Part shown: positions 25,401 to 33,065 of the stretch, one piece after another | Numbering within the stretch: position 1 is the stretch's first letter | Layout of the letters: the number at the start of each line of letters is the position of its first letter | Origin: a virus | Lineage: Duplodnaviria > Heunggongvirae > Uroviricota > Caudoviricetes | DNA: 37,868 nucleotides | Strand: one strand, 5' to 3' | IMG/VR virus record: IMGVR_UViG_3300021256_000061 | Program-made: the position numbers and the translations under genes | The notes under the pieces: generated by a model | The model's input: only the letters and a program-made list of their open reading frames with translations | What the model was told of the DNA's origin: nothing | Database searches by the model: none

Positions 25401-27495
25401 CGGTGATTTAGCTTCCGCTTTTATTCAGGGTGGCAGTAGGTCTTGTTCCGACATAAGTGGTATTTTGCGTGAGTCAATTGAAAATCCTGGCTTTGCTGCT
25501 TGGTTTGGAAACTCTAAAGTCGTGGATAAGGAAGGTAATCCGCTTCCCATGTACCATGGCACTAATTCAGAATTTACTGCATTCTCAAAGGACTATTTCT
25601 CACATGGAAGCGATGCATATCTCGGCATTGGCTTTAATTTCACTAGTAGCAAATATGAGGCCAGTGGATATGGTGAGAATGTACATGAAGTGTATTTGCG
25701 TGCGGAGCATCCAATGACAAATAAAAGTAAAACAATCTCATTGGGGGCCGTGATGAATGCAATAAAAGAAGTTGATTACGGTGAAGACCCCGATGGCAGC
25801 ATCTGTACAGCGTTGCTAAGTAAAAGGGTTGTAAATCCAACAACTACTGATTTTTATAATGCCGCAAGAGCAATATATGATTATGCGGAAAGTGATGGTG
25901 ATATCTATTCTGCTTTCGGCCTTGCATATAGTGGTTCAAACGATGCGAAAATCACTGAGGTCTTCAAATCAATGGGGTTCGACTCCTGTATCGATTATGA
26001 TAATTATAGCGGAAACATTACTTATGTCGTGGTCTTTGACCCTAATCAAATAAAATCCATCAACGCCCAGAACTTTAACCTAGAAAGTGACGAGACAATT
26101 GACGAAGATATTGATATGTTGGAGGATACAAATCCAGAGGATGTTGACCTTTCGTCATTCGAACCTAAAAAGCAACTTAATCCCCGTTTCTGGAAAAACG
26201 GAAGGCTTGATTCTCGTGTTAGAGTAAGACTTCTTGATATTGCTGACGACTTTATTGAAACACTCAATGTTCCTTGGGTGAACCCTTCCGATATTATTAT
26301 GACTGGTTCACTTGCCAATTTCAACTGGTCAAAAGAACATTCGGATATTGACCTCCACGTTGTCATGGATTTTGATGATGTGGATAAAAATGTTTTACTT
26401 GTTAAAGATTACTTTGATAGCAAGAAGAAGATTTGGAATGATGAGCACCAGAATCTCACCATTGGGGGATTCCCTGTTGAAGTCTATGTTCAAGATATTT
26501 CTGAAGAGCACGCATCCAGTGGAGTGTACTCACTTGAAAAAGACAAATGGATAGTAAAGCCGTCATTGAAGAATTTTGAAGGTGAAATTGATAGCGAGGC
26601 TATTAAAACCAGGGCTGCGGAATACATGAATGAGATTGATGACCTCGAAAATGAATATGAGGACAAAATTGCTGAAACTGACTTGAGTGAACTCCACGAA
26701 AAGGCGGTCGAGTTATTCAAAAGAATTAAGGCCGAGAGGAAAAACGGTTTTGAAAATGGTGGGGGAGAATTTAATACAGGTAATTTAATTTTTAAAACAT
26801 TGAGAAGAAATGGTTATATCGGAAAATTGAGCAGGCTGAAATTAGACACTTATGATGCATCACAATCTCTTTTAAATGAAAATGTAACCGAAGGTGTCTA
26901 TTACCATTACATACGTCTTAGATTTTTAAATGAAATAATAAAGAATAATCGCATCAAACTCAACACAGGCGCTGAAGATGCCCCTGGTGGCGGCTTAGGG
27001 TACCTTTCTTTAACCAGAAACCGTTCGAACGCATATGGTTTTGCTACGTCATATAAAAATCCCGACTATAGGGGTATGGAAAATTATGCACGAATTGAAT
27101 TTGATAAGTCTGCATTTAAAAACATAAGAAATTCAAGTATTAAGCCATATGACTTTTTTGCCTCACAATTCCCCGAGGATGGTCTAAATGGGAAAACATA
27201 TCATTTGAGAAATCTCGAAAGCGGGGAAGATTATGGTAATCAGGATAAAGAACAATTCTGGGCTCAAGCGGAAGATAGACTTATTGCTCCTGGAGATGCC
27301 CATGAGGAAGGTTGTAAATGGTTCATAACAAATGCATTTAAGTATATTAATCGAATAGATATTATGATTCGAGATACTGGATTGTCAGATTATGAGGAGT
27401 TAGTAAGTATACTTAATCAACCAAACTATTCTGCTTGGAAAGAAAAATGTCACATTTACAACAATAATAACAGCAAGTTTAATAGACAATTGTAA
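22414..27495 (+). CDS. Large polyvalent multidomain protein (ART-like, Zn ribbon, WG repeats, HExxH metallopeptidase, ART-PolyVal, Pol-beta-type nucleotidyltransferase, C-terminal ART-like domain)
   Basis: 1693 aa. LYHG...IWLS; CPDC...CSKC; 4-5 WG-type repeats; LVHELIHH; WFGNSKVVD...MYHGT...GIGFNFT...FDPNQIKS; MTGSLANFNW...SDIDLH...VEVYVQD; YYHY...SLTR...QAEDR. Confidence 0.85.
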   Translation: MKTLYINEAQKKKIKKVIAAQDQVGGKVNAGVMEPVAHITENTEETITLYHGVKFDGMEFALANNRLEPRVCSEGGPKAIWLSEKQYHYPFTFELHIPRRMVEQMTNVDYIYTKPISLNEFGCKLIKTSFYVHVSGFMATVNLLDKSLFERQCKILGEDFLTSLLSTFEKYPEITSRIVEPALEAAVPLVLKESTKKKKIIKNDEGKIVPEICPDCGGKVGVYIQGEPVYLCSKCKKYFGTMPFQKNLKESVHGLMLLENEGTNMKRARKYLETMGYSPEERQKILDAIRTDIPSSRLQQCKFLLGVTRMYMDGQLQDGRSIAELNKVLKYVASDAHVNEYDCDLNGENLDTLVRRFSGVAKADLEQSKAASSARQLTANNDYTVVPIDNYEEARKYGKYTSWCVTHNEDMYNTYTNEGMGRFYFCLRRGFENEPKATGKNCPLDDYGLSMVAVSVTMEGELNTVTCRWNHDNGGSDSIMTLEQLENLLGRNFYQTFMPYSREELHAKGIILFDEVQGLLDSGKSPEEIFEWVDKFYNGVAVVELNGKGNFINTDGKLLSKQWFDWTDDFSKGRVARVGLNNKWNFINTEGQFPLNQWFDGAGGFHEGVAGVRLKGKYNFINTDGKLLTNQWLDWANDFYKGVAQVRLKGKYYLIDTKGNLYPWTPQNSIPKNLRESKEVDRWRDEFDYKPYIKSIMNFLAEKGLEVKPFPKVIIHREPQEGLYVKTGYYDPETSCVHLFIDSRHPKDVLRSLVHELIHHTQNVRGILVGYNGTTLEGDEVLQRLESEAYLKGNIYFRKWTEELHPTILNTKKNLNESIEDVYNIAEDLDCIGVADTLHEFLVDKRNGIKKKHWNLIPAEQYKNLLTRYMQGPLTARIPENIVYDWFTNILIPNAFAIDNITTLAGHNQGFPAEEVSEELEYEFGDRFDVTDYGSGYKALNELGFYEWCSLPDGSDGWSDYGIGPIFDELAQYRPNMDAGELLILINRVLHIGHCRGDLASAFIQGGSRSCSDISGILRESIENPGFAAWFGNSKVVDKEGNPLPMYHGTNSEFTAFSKDYFSHGSDAYLGIGFNFTSSKYEASGYGENVHEVYLRAEHPMTNKSKTISLGAVMNAIKEVDYGEDPDGSICTALLSKRVVNPTTTDFYNAARAIYDYAESDGDIYSAFGLAYSGSNDAKITEVFKSMGFDSCIDYDNYSGNITYVVVFDPNQIKSINAQNFNLESDETIDEDIDMLEDTNPEDVDLSSFEPKKQLNPRFWKNGRLDSRVRVRLLDIADDFIETLNVPWVNPSDIIMTGSLANFNWSKEHSDIDLHVVMDFDDVDKNVLLVKDYFDSKKKIWNDEHQNLTIGGFPVEVYVQDISEEHASSGVYSLEKDKWIVKPSLKNFEGEIDSEAIKTRAAEYMNEIDDLENEYEDKIAETDLSELHEKAVELFKRIKAERKNGFENGGGEFNTGNLIFKTLRRNGYIGKLSRLKLDTYDASQSLLNENVTEGVYYHYIRLRFLNEIIKNNRIKLNTGAEDAPGGGLGYLSLTRNRSNAYGFATSYKNPDYRGMENYARIEFDKSAFKNIRNSSIKPYDFFASQFPEDGLNGKTYHLRNLESGEDYGNQDKEQFWAQAEDRLIAPGDAHEEGCKWFITNAFKYINRIDIMIRDTGLSDYEELVSILNQPNYSAWKEKCHIYNNNNSKFNRQL
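23998..24405 (+). repeat. WG (KWG-type) beta-repeat region within the polyvalent protein
   Basis: About 23-aa units (F..GVA.V.L.GK.NFINT.G.....QW.D). Near-identical DNA 'aatttcattaataccgacggtaa' at 24061 and about 24268. Confidence 0.85.
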
Positions 27496-27527
27496 GTTAA
27501 AAAAATCTAATTTTTTGACTTTGAGTA

Positions 27528-27535
27528 CTATTTAT
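27528..27535 (+). promoter_or_regulatory. Putative late promoter motif CTATTTAT
   Basis: Upstream of the ATG at 27569. Confidence 0.6.
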
Positions 27536-27568
27536 TTACAAAAATAAAGTTTTTTAACATTTCGAACA

Positions 27569-29209
27569 ATGAGAAATTTCGAGAATCAGCTTTCAAGAAT
27601 GCAGTCATTAATGACCTATGGCATGCTTACAACTGAAAGTACCGATAAGAGCAGAGCAATTGAATATCATAAGATTGCGAGCGATGGTAAGGCTTATGGT
27701 ATCTTTAAGGAATGCTCTAAGTATTATATTAAGACCGCCCCTGCAGACAAAGAATTGGTAGCAGAGGCATACGATTACATTGGTGGATGGAATAATAGGA
27801 AGAATTATGAATATGAGAGTTTTGCAAACGCTCAGAAGCAGTTTGACCTTAAGATGATGTCTATCAATGAGGCTTGCGGCTCAAAGGCAAATGCCGTGTC
27901 TCTTGACCCTTCAAAGAAACAGGAGTATGTTATTGAGGGTACTGAAAAGATGAAGAACGAGCTTGCTCGTCAGCGCCAGATTATGGCCAACACTGCCACT
28001 ATTATCAATGAAGGTAGCTTTATTGGTGTTGGTGACCCCGAAAAGGTTGCTGGTAACAACGATGAAGATAAACCTTTCACTGAAAAGGCTGAGGCTAAGC
28101 TCGATAAGGACATGTCAGAATCAAAGGGAGAACCCGAGGATATGAGCAATCCTTATGGTGAAGGCGGAGCTGCCGAGAAGGGTAAAGATGTTAAGGATAG
28201 CGATGTTCTCTCCGACGGAGAGGCTGTTGCTGCTCAACATCCTTCAGGCGGAAAAGTCGCCCGTGTAAACGAAAACTGTGAGGATGGCGCATGCTCTTGC
28301 GATGGTTGCAAGGACTGGGGCTCTGAAGGTATTGGCAAGGGCAACGGTGACCCTAAGTCTAATGGCTGGGAAATGGAAGGCCAGCAAAACGTAAACGAAG
28401 GCGAAATTAATGACGCTAAGAGCTGGGATGAAGGACTTCCTGGCGAAGCTGGTACTGGCGAAGCTGATACTGACCACAATAACGACCCATTCAAGGAGGC
28501 CGTTAATGAATCCGAGGATGATGATATTGAAATTCAGGACCCCGAGGCTGGTGAAGATGACGAACCTGTCGAAGATGAAGCGCCTGTAAAGGATGAACTT
28601 CCTGCTGACGCAAATGCAGACGATGCAGAAGAAGATTTGGACCTCGATAATCTTGATGATTTTGAGGATGACGAAATCGCATCACTAGAAAAGGACATCG
28701 AAGCTCTTAGGGCTGAGCTTGAAGCTTTGAAGGATGAGGTTGGCGCCGAAGATGCTCCAGCCGAAGACGAGACGCCTGCCGAAGAAACCCCTGCTGAGGA
28801 CGAGGTACCCGTAGAGGACGAAGCGCCAGCAGAGGAAGAGGTACCTGTAGAGGATGAGCCTGAACTCGGTGGTGAGGAAGACGTTGTCGACGATGACATG
28901 GATGAATGTGATTTGTTTGAAGCAAAACAGAGGTTCATGAATGGCATTGTCGAGAGTGTCGTTAAGTCTATCCTTAACGAAGAAAAAACAATTCTTCATG
29001 ACTTTGGTAAGCATCCTGGTTATCGCAAGAAACCTATGGAGCTTCCTGCAACTGGTTCCGATAACGAAAACGGTATGAGAGACTGGAACGATGATAGCGT
29101 TCATAGCGAAGCACCTTTTGGACAAGGAAAGGGTGATAGCAAGCCATATGAAAAGCTCGTTCAGATGATTACTGACAGCGTTATGGAATCATTTAAAAAA
29201 AAAGATTAA
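27569..29209 (+). CDS. Acidic putative prohead core/internal head protein
   Basis: 546 aa, very D/E-rich, with many INE/VNE sites, a coiled-coil segment and a WDEGLP motif shared with the scaffold. Ends in FKKKD at an A9 run. Confidence 0.7.
   Translation: MRNFENQLSRMQSLMTYGMLTTESTDKSRAIEYHKIASDGKAYGIFKECSKYYIKTAPADKELVAEAYDYIGGWNNRKNYEYESFANAQKQFDLKMMSINEACGSKANAVSLDPSKKQEYVIEGTEKMKNELARQRQIMANTATIINEGSFIGVGDPEKVAGNNDEDKPFTEKAEAKLDKDMSESKGEPEDMSNPYGEGGAAEKGKDVKDSDVLSDGEAVAAQHPSGGKVARVNENCEDGACSCDGCKDWGSEGIGKGNGDPKSNGWEMEGQQNVNEGEINDAKSWDEGLPGEAGTGEADTDHNNDPFKEAVNESEDDDIEIQDPEAGEDDEPVEDEAPVKDELPADANADDAEEDLDLDNLDDFEDDEIASLEKDIEALRAELEALKDEVGAEDAPAEDETPAEETPAEDEVPVEDEAPAEEEVPVEDEPELGGEEDVVDDDMDECDLFEAKQRFMNGIVESVVKSILNEEKTILHDFGKHPGYRKKPMELPATGSDNENGMRDWNDDSVHSEAPFGQGKGDSKPYEKLVQMITDSVMESFKKKD
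28747..28862 (+). repeat. Low-complexity P-A/V-E-D/E tandem repeat linker
   Basis: APAEDETPAEETPAEDEVPVEDEAPAEEEVPVEDEP. Confidence 0.8.
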
Positions 29210-29243
29210 TTAGTCTTGACGAAAAGAAAGTAATCAAGATTAA
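29195..29243 (+). other. Candidate programmed -1 frameshift signal (A9 slippery run plus downstream hairpin)
   Basis: A AAA AAA heptamer at 29197-29203, 6-nt spacer, then a 10-bp stem ttagtcttga (29210-29219) / tcaagattaa (29234-29243). Confidence 0.6.
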
Positions 29244-29739
29244 AAAACATAACAATGAAGCACCGTCCCAGGCACCTATGCCAATGGGCGATGCTTCATC
29301 TGCGTTACCAGACCAAGGGGCACCAGCACCGATGAATCAAGAACCAGTACCACCTGTAAACGACCCAGCACTAGAGGGGGATTCGCCTATAGATGATGCC
29401 GCTCCAGAAATGTCGGGGAAAGTTAAGGAAATAGCAGACATCGCTGGGGAGATAAGTGAGAAGGACCAGGAAACGGCTCTTGCATATCTTCGTTCACTCA
29501 AAGATGCTAGTGAGGAAAACGCCCAACAAGCTGGCGGAGCAGTAGCACAAGATGCTAACATGCCTGATGCCCCCATACAAGAATCTGTAATTTTTACGAA
29601 AAAACAAATTAAAAAAATAAATGAAGCACTCGGGGACGAAAGTCTACAGGCAGAGCTTGATAAGAAAGAACCCGTTGGCCGCTCAACAAAAACCAATAAT
29701 AAACTTACGAGTCCATTTGACCCACCTAAAAACAACTAA
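29203..29739 (+). CDS. Probable -1-frame extension of the 27569 protein (track ORF 29278-29739 is its 3' part)
   Basis: Frame is open from 29197 (RLISLDEKKVIKIKKHNNEAPSQAP) before the first ATG at 29278. Contains IQESVIFTKKQIKKINE. Confidence 0.6.
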   Translation, partial: RLISLDEKKVIKIKKHNNEAPSQAPMPMGDASSALPDQGAPAPMNQEPVPPVNDPALEGDSPIDDAAPEMSGKVKEIADIAGEISEKDQETALAYLRSLKDASEENAQQAGGAVAQDANMPDAPIQESVIFTKKQIKKINEALGDESLQAELDKKEPVGRSTKTNNKLTSPFDPPKNN

Positions 29740-29744
29740 GTAAT

Positions 29745-30356
29745 ATGAAAGTACGTATAACCGAAAGTAAATTAAGAGACCTTATTTCTGAGGTAGTAAA
29801 AGAAGAACTTGCAGGAACTTATGGGGTTTCTGACCACATGGATTGTGGTGAAGAAAAGCTTGAAGAGGTTGATGGCTATGGTGTGTCTGATGAGCTTGAG
29901 CAGCCAGGGGATATGAGAGAGGTTGGTTCTGGTATATATACTGATAAGCTGCAGGCTCTTGTTGACCAAGCAAACCAGGCATATGAAAACGCAAAAAAAC
30001 TAACGGAGGATGACACATGTCTAATTGGCACAATGGGTGGATATTCTGATGTATCTACGATGTATGGCCTATTAAGTCCAATCGTTATATCTAGGGGTTG
30101 TCTTATAATTTCAACGGTTGAGGCATATAATAGCACACCAGATGTTCAAAGAATCAGGTGTTTCAAAACTGTTAATGGTAAAACTATAAAATTTACTGAC
30201 GATATGGCTTATCCTGAAGGTGGATATCAATATGCAGTTAAGTGTTTAAAAGGTATAATTAGGGACGCGCAGAAGGGAATTGAATACAATGGTGCGATTG
30301 ACCCAAATATGGATGATGCAACACAGGAAAAAATCGGAAAACGATATGGTATTTAA
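29745..30356 (+). CDS. Hypothetical protein with N-terminal head-cargo helix
   Basis: 203 aa, MKVRITESKLRDLISEVVKEEL. Short internal duplication GTYGVSD/DGYGVSD. Confidence 0.75.
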   Translation: MKVRITESKLRDLISEVVKEELAGTYGVSDHMDCGEEKLEEVDGYGVSDELEQPGDMREVGSGIYTDKLQALVDQANQAYENAKKLTEDDTCLIGTMGGYSDVSTMYGLLSPIVISRGCLIISTVEAYNSTPDVQRIRCFKTVNGKTIKFTDDMAYPEGGYQYAVKCLKGIIRDAQKGIEYNGAIDPNMDDATQEKIGKRYGI

Positions 30357-30360
30357 CGCA

Positions 30361-30390
30361 AGGCCCCGAAGGTAACACTTCGGGGTTTTT
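30361..30390 (+). terminator. Intrinsic terminator
   Basis: ccccgaag-gtaaca-cttcgggg-ttttt. Confidence 0.75.
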
Positions 30391-30402
30391 CTTATTTATA
30401 AA

Positions 30403-30410
30403 CTATTTAT
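30403..30410 (+). promoter_or_regulatory. Putative late promoter motif CTATTTAT
   Basis: Upstream of the ATG at 30429. Confidence 0.6.
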
Positions 30411-30428
30411 TCATATAAGTTTTTTATT

Positions 30429-31169
30429 ATGGATAAGAAAAAACTCATCATATCACAAAAACAATTTAATCATATTAATGAGGTTGAACAGGCCAATGTT
30501 AATTTAACCGCTAATATTGGAACTGGTGGTGTACCAAAAATGAATCAAATATTGGATGCACCTGAAATGAGAACTGCTGTTCAAAAAACTGGCATGGACC
30601 CGATGTTTATACCACAAACTTATAAGGGCCCACAGGCAAGCCCCACTGTTCAAATTCAAGCTGACGGGGCTGGAAATGTTACATCGGTGCCCGCTGGTAC
30701 GCCGCCAGATGCTGCTCTTGTTGTTAAAAACACCAGTGGCTCAAGTAGCGCAGATGGTACTATACAAGAGTCCTATACAAAGCGAGCCGTAGAAAAAATG
30801 CGTATTGCTAAAATTATGGAGAATGGGACTCGTTTCACGAAAAAACAAATCAACGAAGATATTAATAACGGAAAAGTGTTAAGCGAAGAGGATAGGGATG
30901 CTGTGATTGAATTTTGTAAAAAAAATGATTTTATTGCTAGGATAATTAAACCTGAGTCCCTATTTGGTAGAGATACTGTTTGTGCTAATGTTTCCAGACT
31001 TAGAAATCTCTTCTTAAGTGATTTATATAACCCCAATACAAAAATGTCTCTTGACAAGGGTGCTAGCTTGCCTCATAATGTTGATGAAGGTGCGCTGCCG
31101 ATTCATGTTTGGGTATATGACGAAAACAATTTACTTAAAGAAGAATATATAATTTTCTTGGAACGATAG
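30429..31169 (+). CDS. Hypothetical putative virion protein
   Basis: 246 aa. N-terminal LIISQKQFNHINE, and internal IQES and FTKKQINE motifs shared with the 29203-29739 frame. Confidence 0.7.
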   Translation: MDKKKLIISQKQFNHINEVEQANVNLTANIGTGGVPKMNQILDAPEMRTAVQKTGMDPMFIPQTYKGPQASPTVQIQADGAGNVTSVPAGTPPDAALVVKNTSGSSSADGTIQESYTKRAVEKMRIAKIMENGTRFTKKQINEDINNGKVLSEEDRDAVIEFCKKNDFIARIIKPESLFGRDTVCANVSRLRNLFLSDLYNPNTKMSLDKGASLPHNVDEGALPIHVWVYDENNLLKEEYIIFLER

Positions 31170-31170
31170 A

Positions 31171-33033
31171 ATGTCTAAAACAATCATAATAAGCGAAGAT
31201 GTTTTAAAGAGTGGTGTCCTGGATGAGATTGTAGAAACGAATCAGCTCCCCGATGCCATCCTTCAAGATGTTTTAGTCAATAAAACACCTCTTTCAAACA
31301 ATCCTGCAATTCCTGATGATGTCGGGCTTGAAAAACTTGTTTTACTTTCTTACAAACATTCCTTACAAAAAGATATACCTAACGGTAAAATAGAAAAAGC
31401 AAAGGATGCGATTTCTAAGATTGTTAAGGAAACCCAAGAAATCGAGCGGCCCATCAGAAACAACCTTGAACAATTGATTTGTGAGAAGGTTGTAAATCTT
31501 CTTAATGTCCCCATCGAAGCGGTGGATTTTTCGTTAACGCTTGAAGATGAAATTCCTCAAAGTGAAACGATAATACCTTTTGGGCCAAATGAGACGGTTG
31601 CTAATCCTTATTACTATACAGATATTGCACAGCAAAAAATACTTGTAGGCGAAGCGTCAAAAAGGAAAATGATAAACGTTCTTGTCGCTGGGGCAGCACA
31701 GTATTATACTAAGAGAATTTTGGATGAGAGTGCAGCAGAATTAGACGAGTTTAATGGGCGTTTGTATGATTTGTATTGCGATTATTTGGCAATAAACGAA
31801 CATTTACTTTTTTGCGATAAAGAAATTAACATTACCGAGGAGAATAAAGGTTTGGTTGGTACCTCAATCGTTGACCTTGGCAATGACGACACTAAAAATC
31901 GTCTCGTAGCGAAAGGGACAACGTTCCCAATTTTAGTTTATGAAACAATAAAAGGCTTTTTGGAAATGTGTGCTGCACACGGCTTGCCTGAAGATAGAAA
32001 ATTGGCTGATGAGGTTCTTTCAATATCTGACTATCTTTCTGCAGAACCATGGAATATGCGTTTGGGTACTGCGGTTTGGTCTTATTTTAATCGGGCAACA
32101 AACAACGCTCCAGCGAATACTTTACCATATGTTTTAATGAAAATTTCAAAGCTGGATACTGAAAAATTTAGTAACCTCATGAAGGGCGTTTTCCAAGAAA
32201 CGCCGCAAGCTTCCAGGGTATTGGAGCGCGTGGTTAAATATGCTATTAAGAAGAACGAACACGCGGAGTTTAATAAAAAAATGAATGCCTTCTCGAACTC
32301 CCTCGTAGTGATTAATGATGATGAAAAACTGTTAAACGAGAATGTCTCGGATATAGTTTATCATTTTACTTGCTCTTGGCCAGGAATTGTTCATAATGAC
32401 TGTTTTTATTTTAGGTGCAATGACTCTCCTTTTGCTGGAAAATCCAATCCTGTTGGCTACCCATATTACATGTCAGTCACAAGAAGCAAAAACAGCAGAG
32501 TTGGTTATGCGCTAAAATTTGAAGGCACCTCGCAACCGTTGGCAAGGCTTACAATAGACGGTAGAATGATAAACCAGAGCAATCTCTTTAAGGGCTCTCC
32601 GTTTAATTTTTTCTATGATGTTGAATGGAATGGTTCGGAATCACCTTCTGCAAAACAACATTATCATAATTTTTTAAATGGTAACAAAAGAGATAACTAC
32701 CCAACCGCTGGATATGATATTTTTTCACACGATAGGATTGAACGCGATAATAAAAAATATTCTTCACCAGACAGGGATGAATTAGACGCTTCCTTTAGAG
32801 TTCAGTCGGAAGATAGAATCTATACTAAAGTCCAACGCCTTGATGATTTTCATAAGTATGTATTGAGAATGGATATTCTTCTGAATGGACGTAGCAGGCT
32901 GGCAATTTTAACGGCTTTAAAATCAATGCCTGGTATTGATGTGTGGAAAGATAAAATCTATTTTTATGAGGAGGCCCGTGATTTTGATATGCAAAACGAT
33001 AGGGGAGTGCCTTGTGCAAGATTAATAAACTAA
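31171..33033 (+). CDS. Two-domain putative virion protein: unknown N-terminal domain plus C-terminal ART-like domain
   Basis: 620 aa. LLNENV junction at about aa 388, then IVYHF...SVTR...RLTIDG...QSEDR, paralogous to the last domain of the 1693-aa protein. Confidence 0.7.
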   Translation: MSKTIIISEDVLKSGVLDEIVETNQLPDAILQDVLVNKTPLSNNPAIPDDVGLEKLVLLSYKHSLQKDIPNGKIEKAKDAISKIVKETQEIERPIRNNLEQLICEKVVNLLNVPIEAVDFSLTLEDEIPQSETIIPFGPNETVANPYYYTDIAQQKILVGEASKRKMINVLVAGAAQYYTKRILDESAAELDEFNGRLYDLYCDYLAINEHLLFCDKEINITEENKGLVGTSIVDLGNDDTKNRLVAKGTTFPILVYETIKGFLEMCAAHGLPEDRKLADEVLSISDYLSAEPWNMRLGTAVWSYFNRATNNAPANTLPYVLMKISKLDTEKFSNLMKGVFQETPQASRVLERVVKYAIKKNEHAEFNKKMNAFSNSLVVINDDEKLLNENVSDIVYHFTCSWPGIVHNDCFYFRCNDSPFAGKSNPVGYPYYMSVTRSKNSRVGYALKFEGTSQPLARLTIDGRMINQSNLFKGSPFNFFYDVEWNGSESPSAKQHYHNFLNGNKRDNYPTAGYDIFSHDRIERDNKKYSSPDRDELDASFRVQSEDRIYTKVQRLDDFHKYVLRMDILLNGRSRLAILTALKSMPGIDVWKDKIYFYEEARDFDMQNDRGVPCARLIN

Positions 33034-33065
33034 AAACGACCACAACTGTGGCCGTTTTTTTTTTT
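33032..33065. terminator. Bidirectional intrinsic terminator
   Basis: aaaaacgaccaca-ac-tgtggccgtttttt. Confidence 0.7.

Noticed and set aside
28234-29125. Ser-rich minus-strand ORFs (e.g. 28534-28947); similar case at 34265-34540
   Set aside because: They are antisense shadows of D/E-rich codons in the acidic core proteins.
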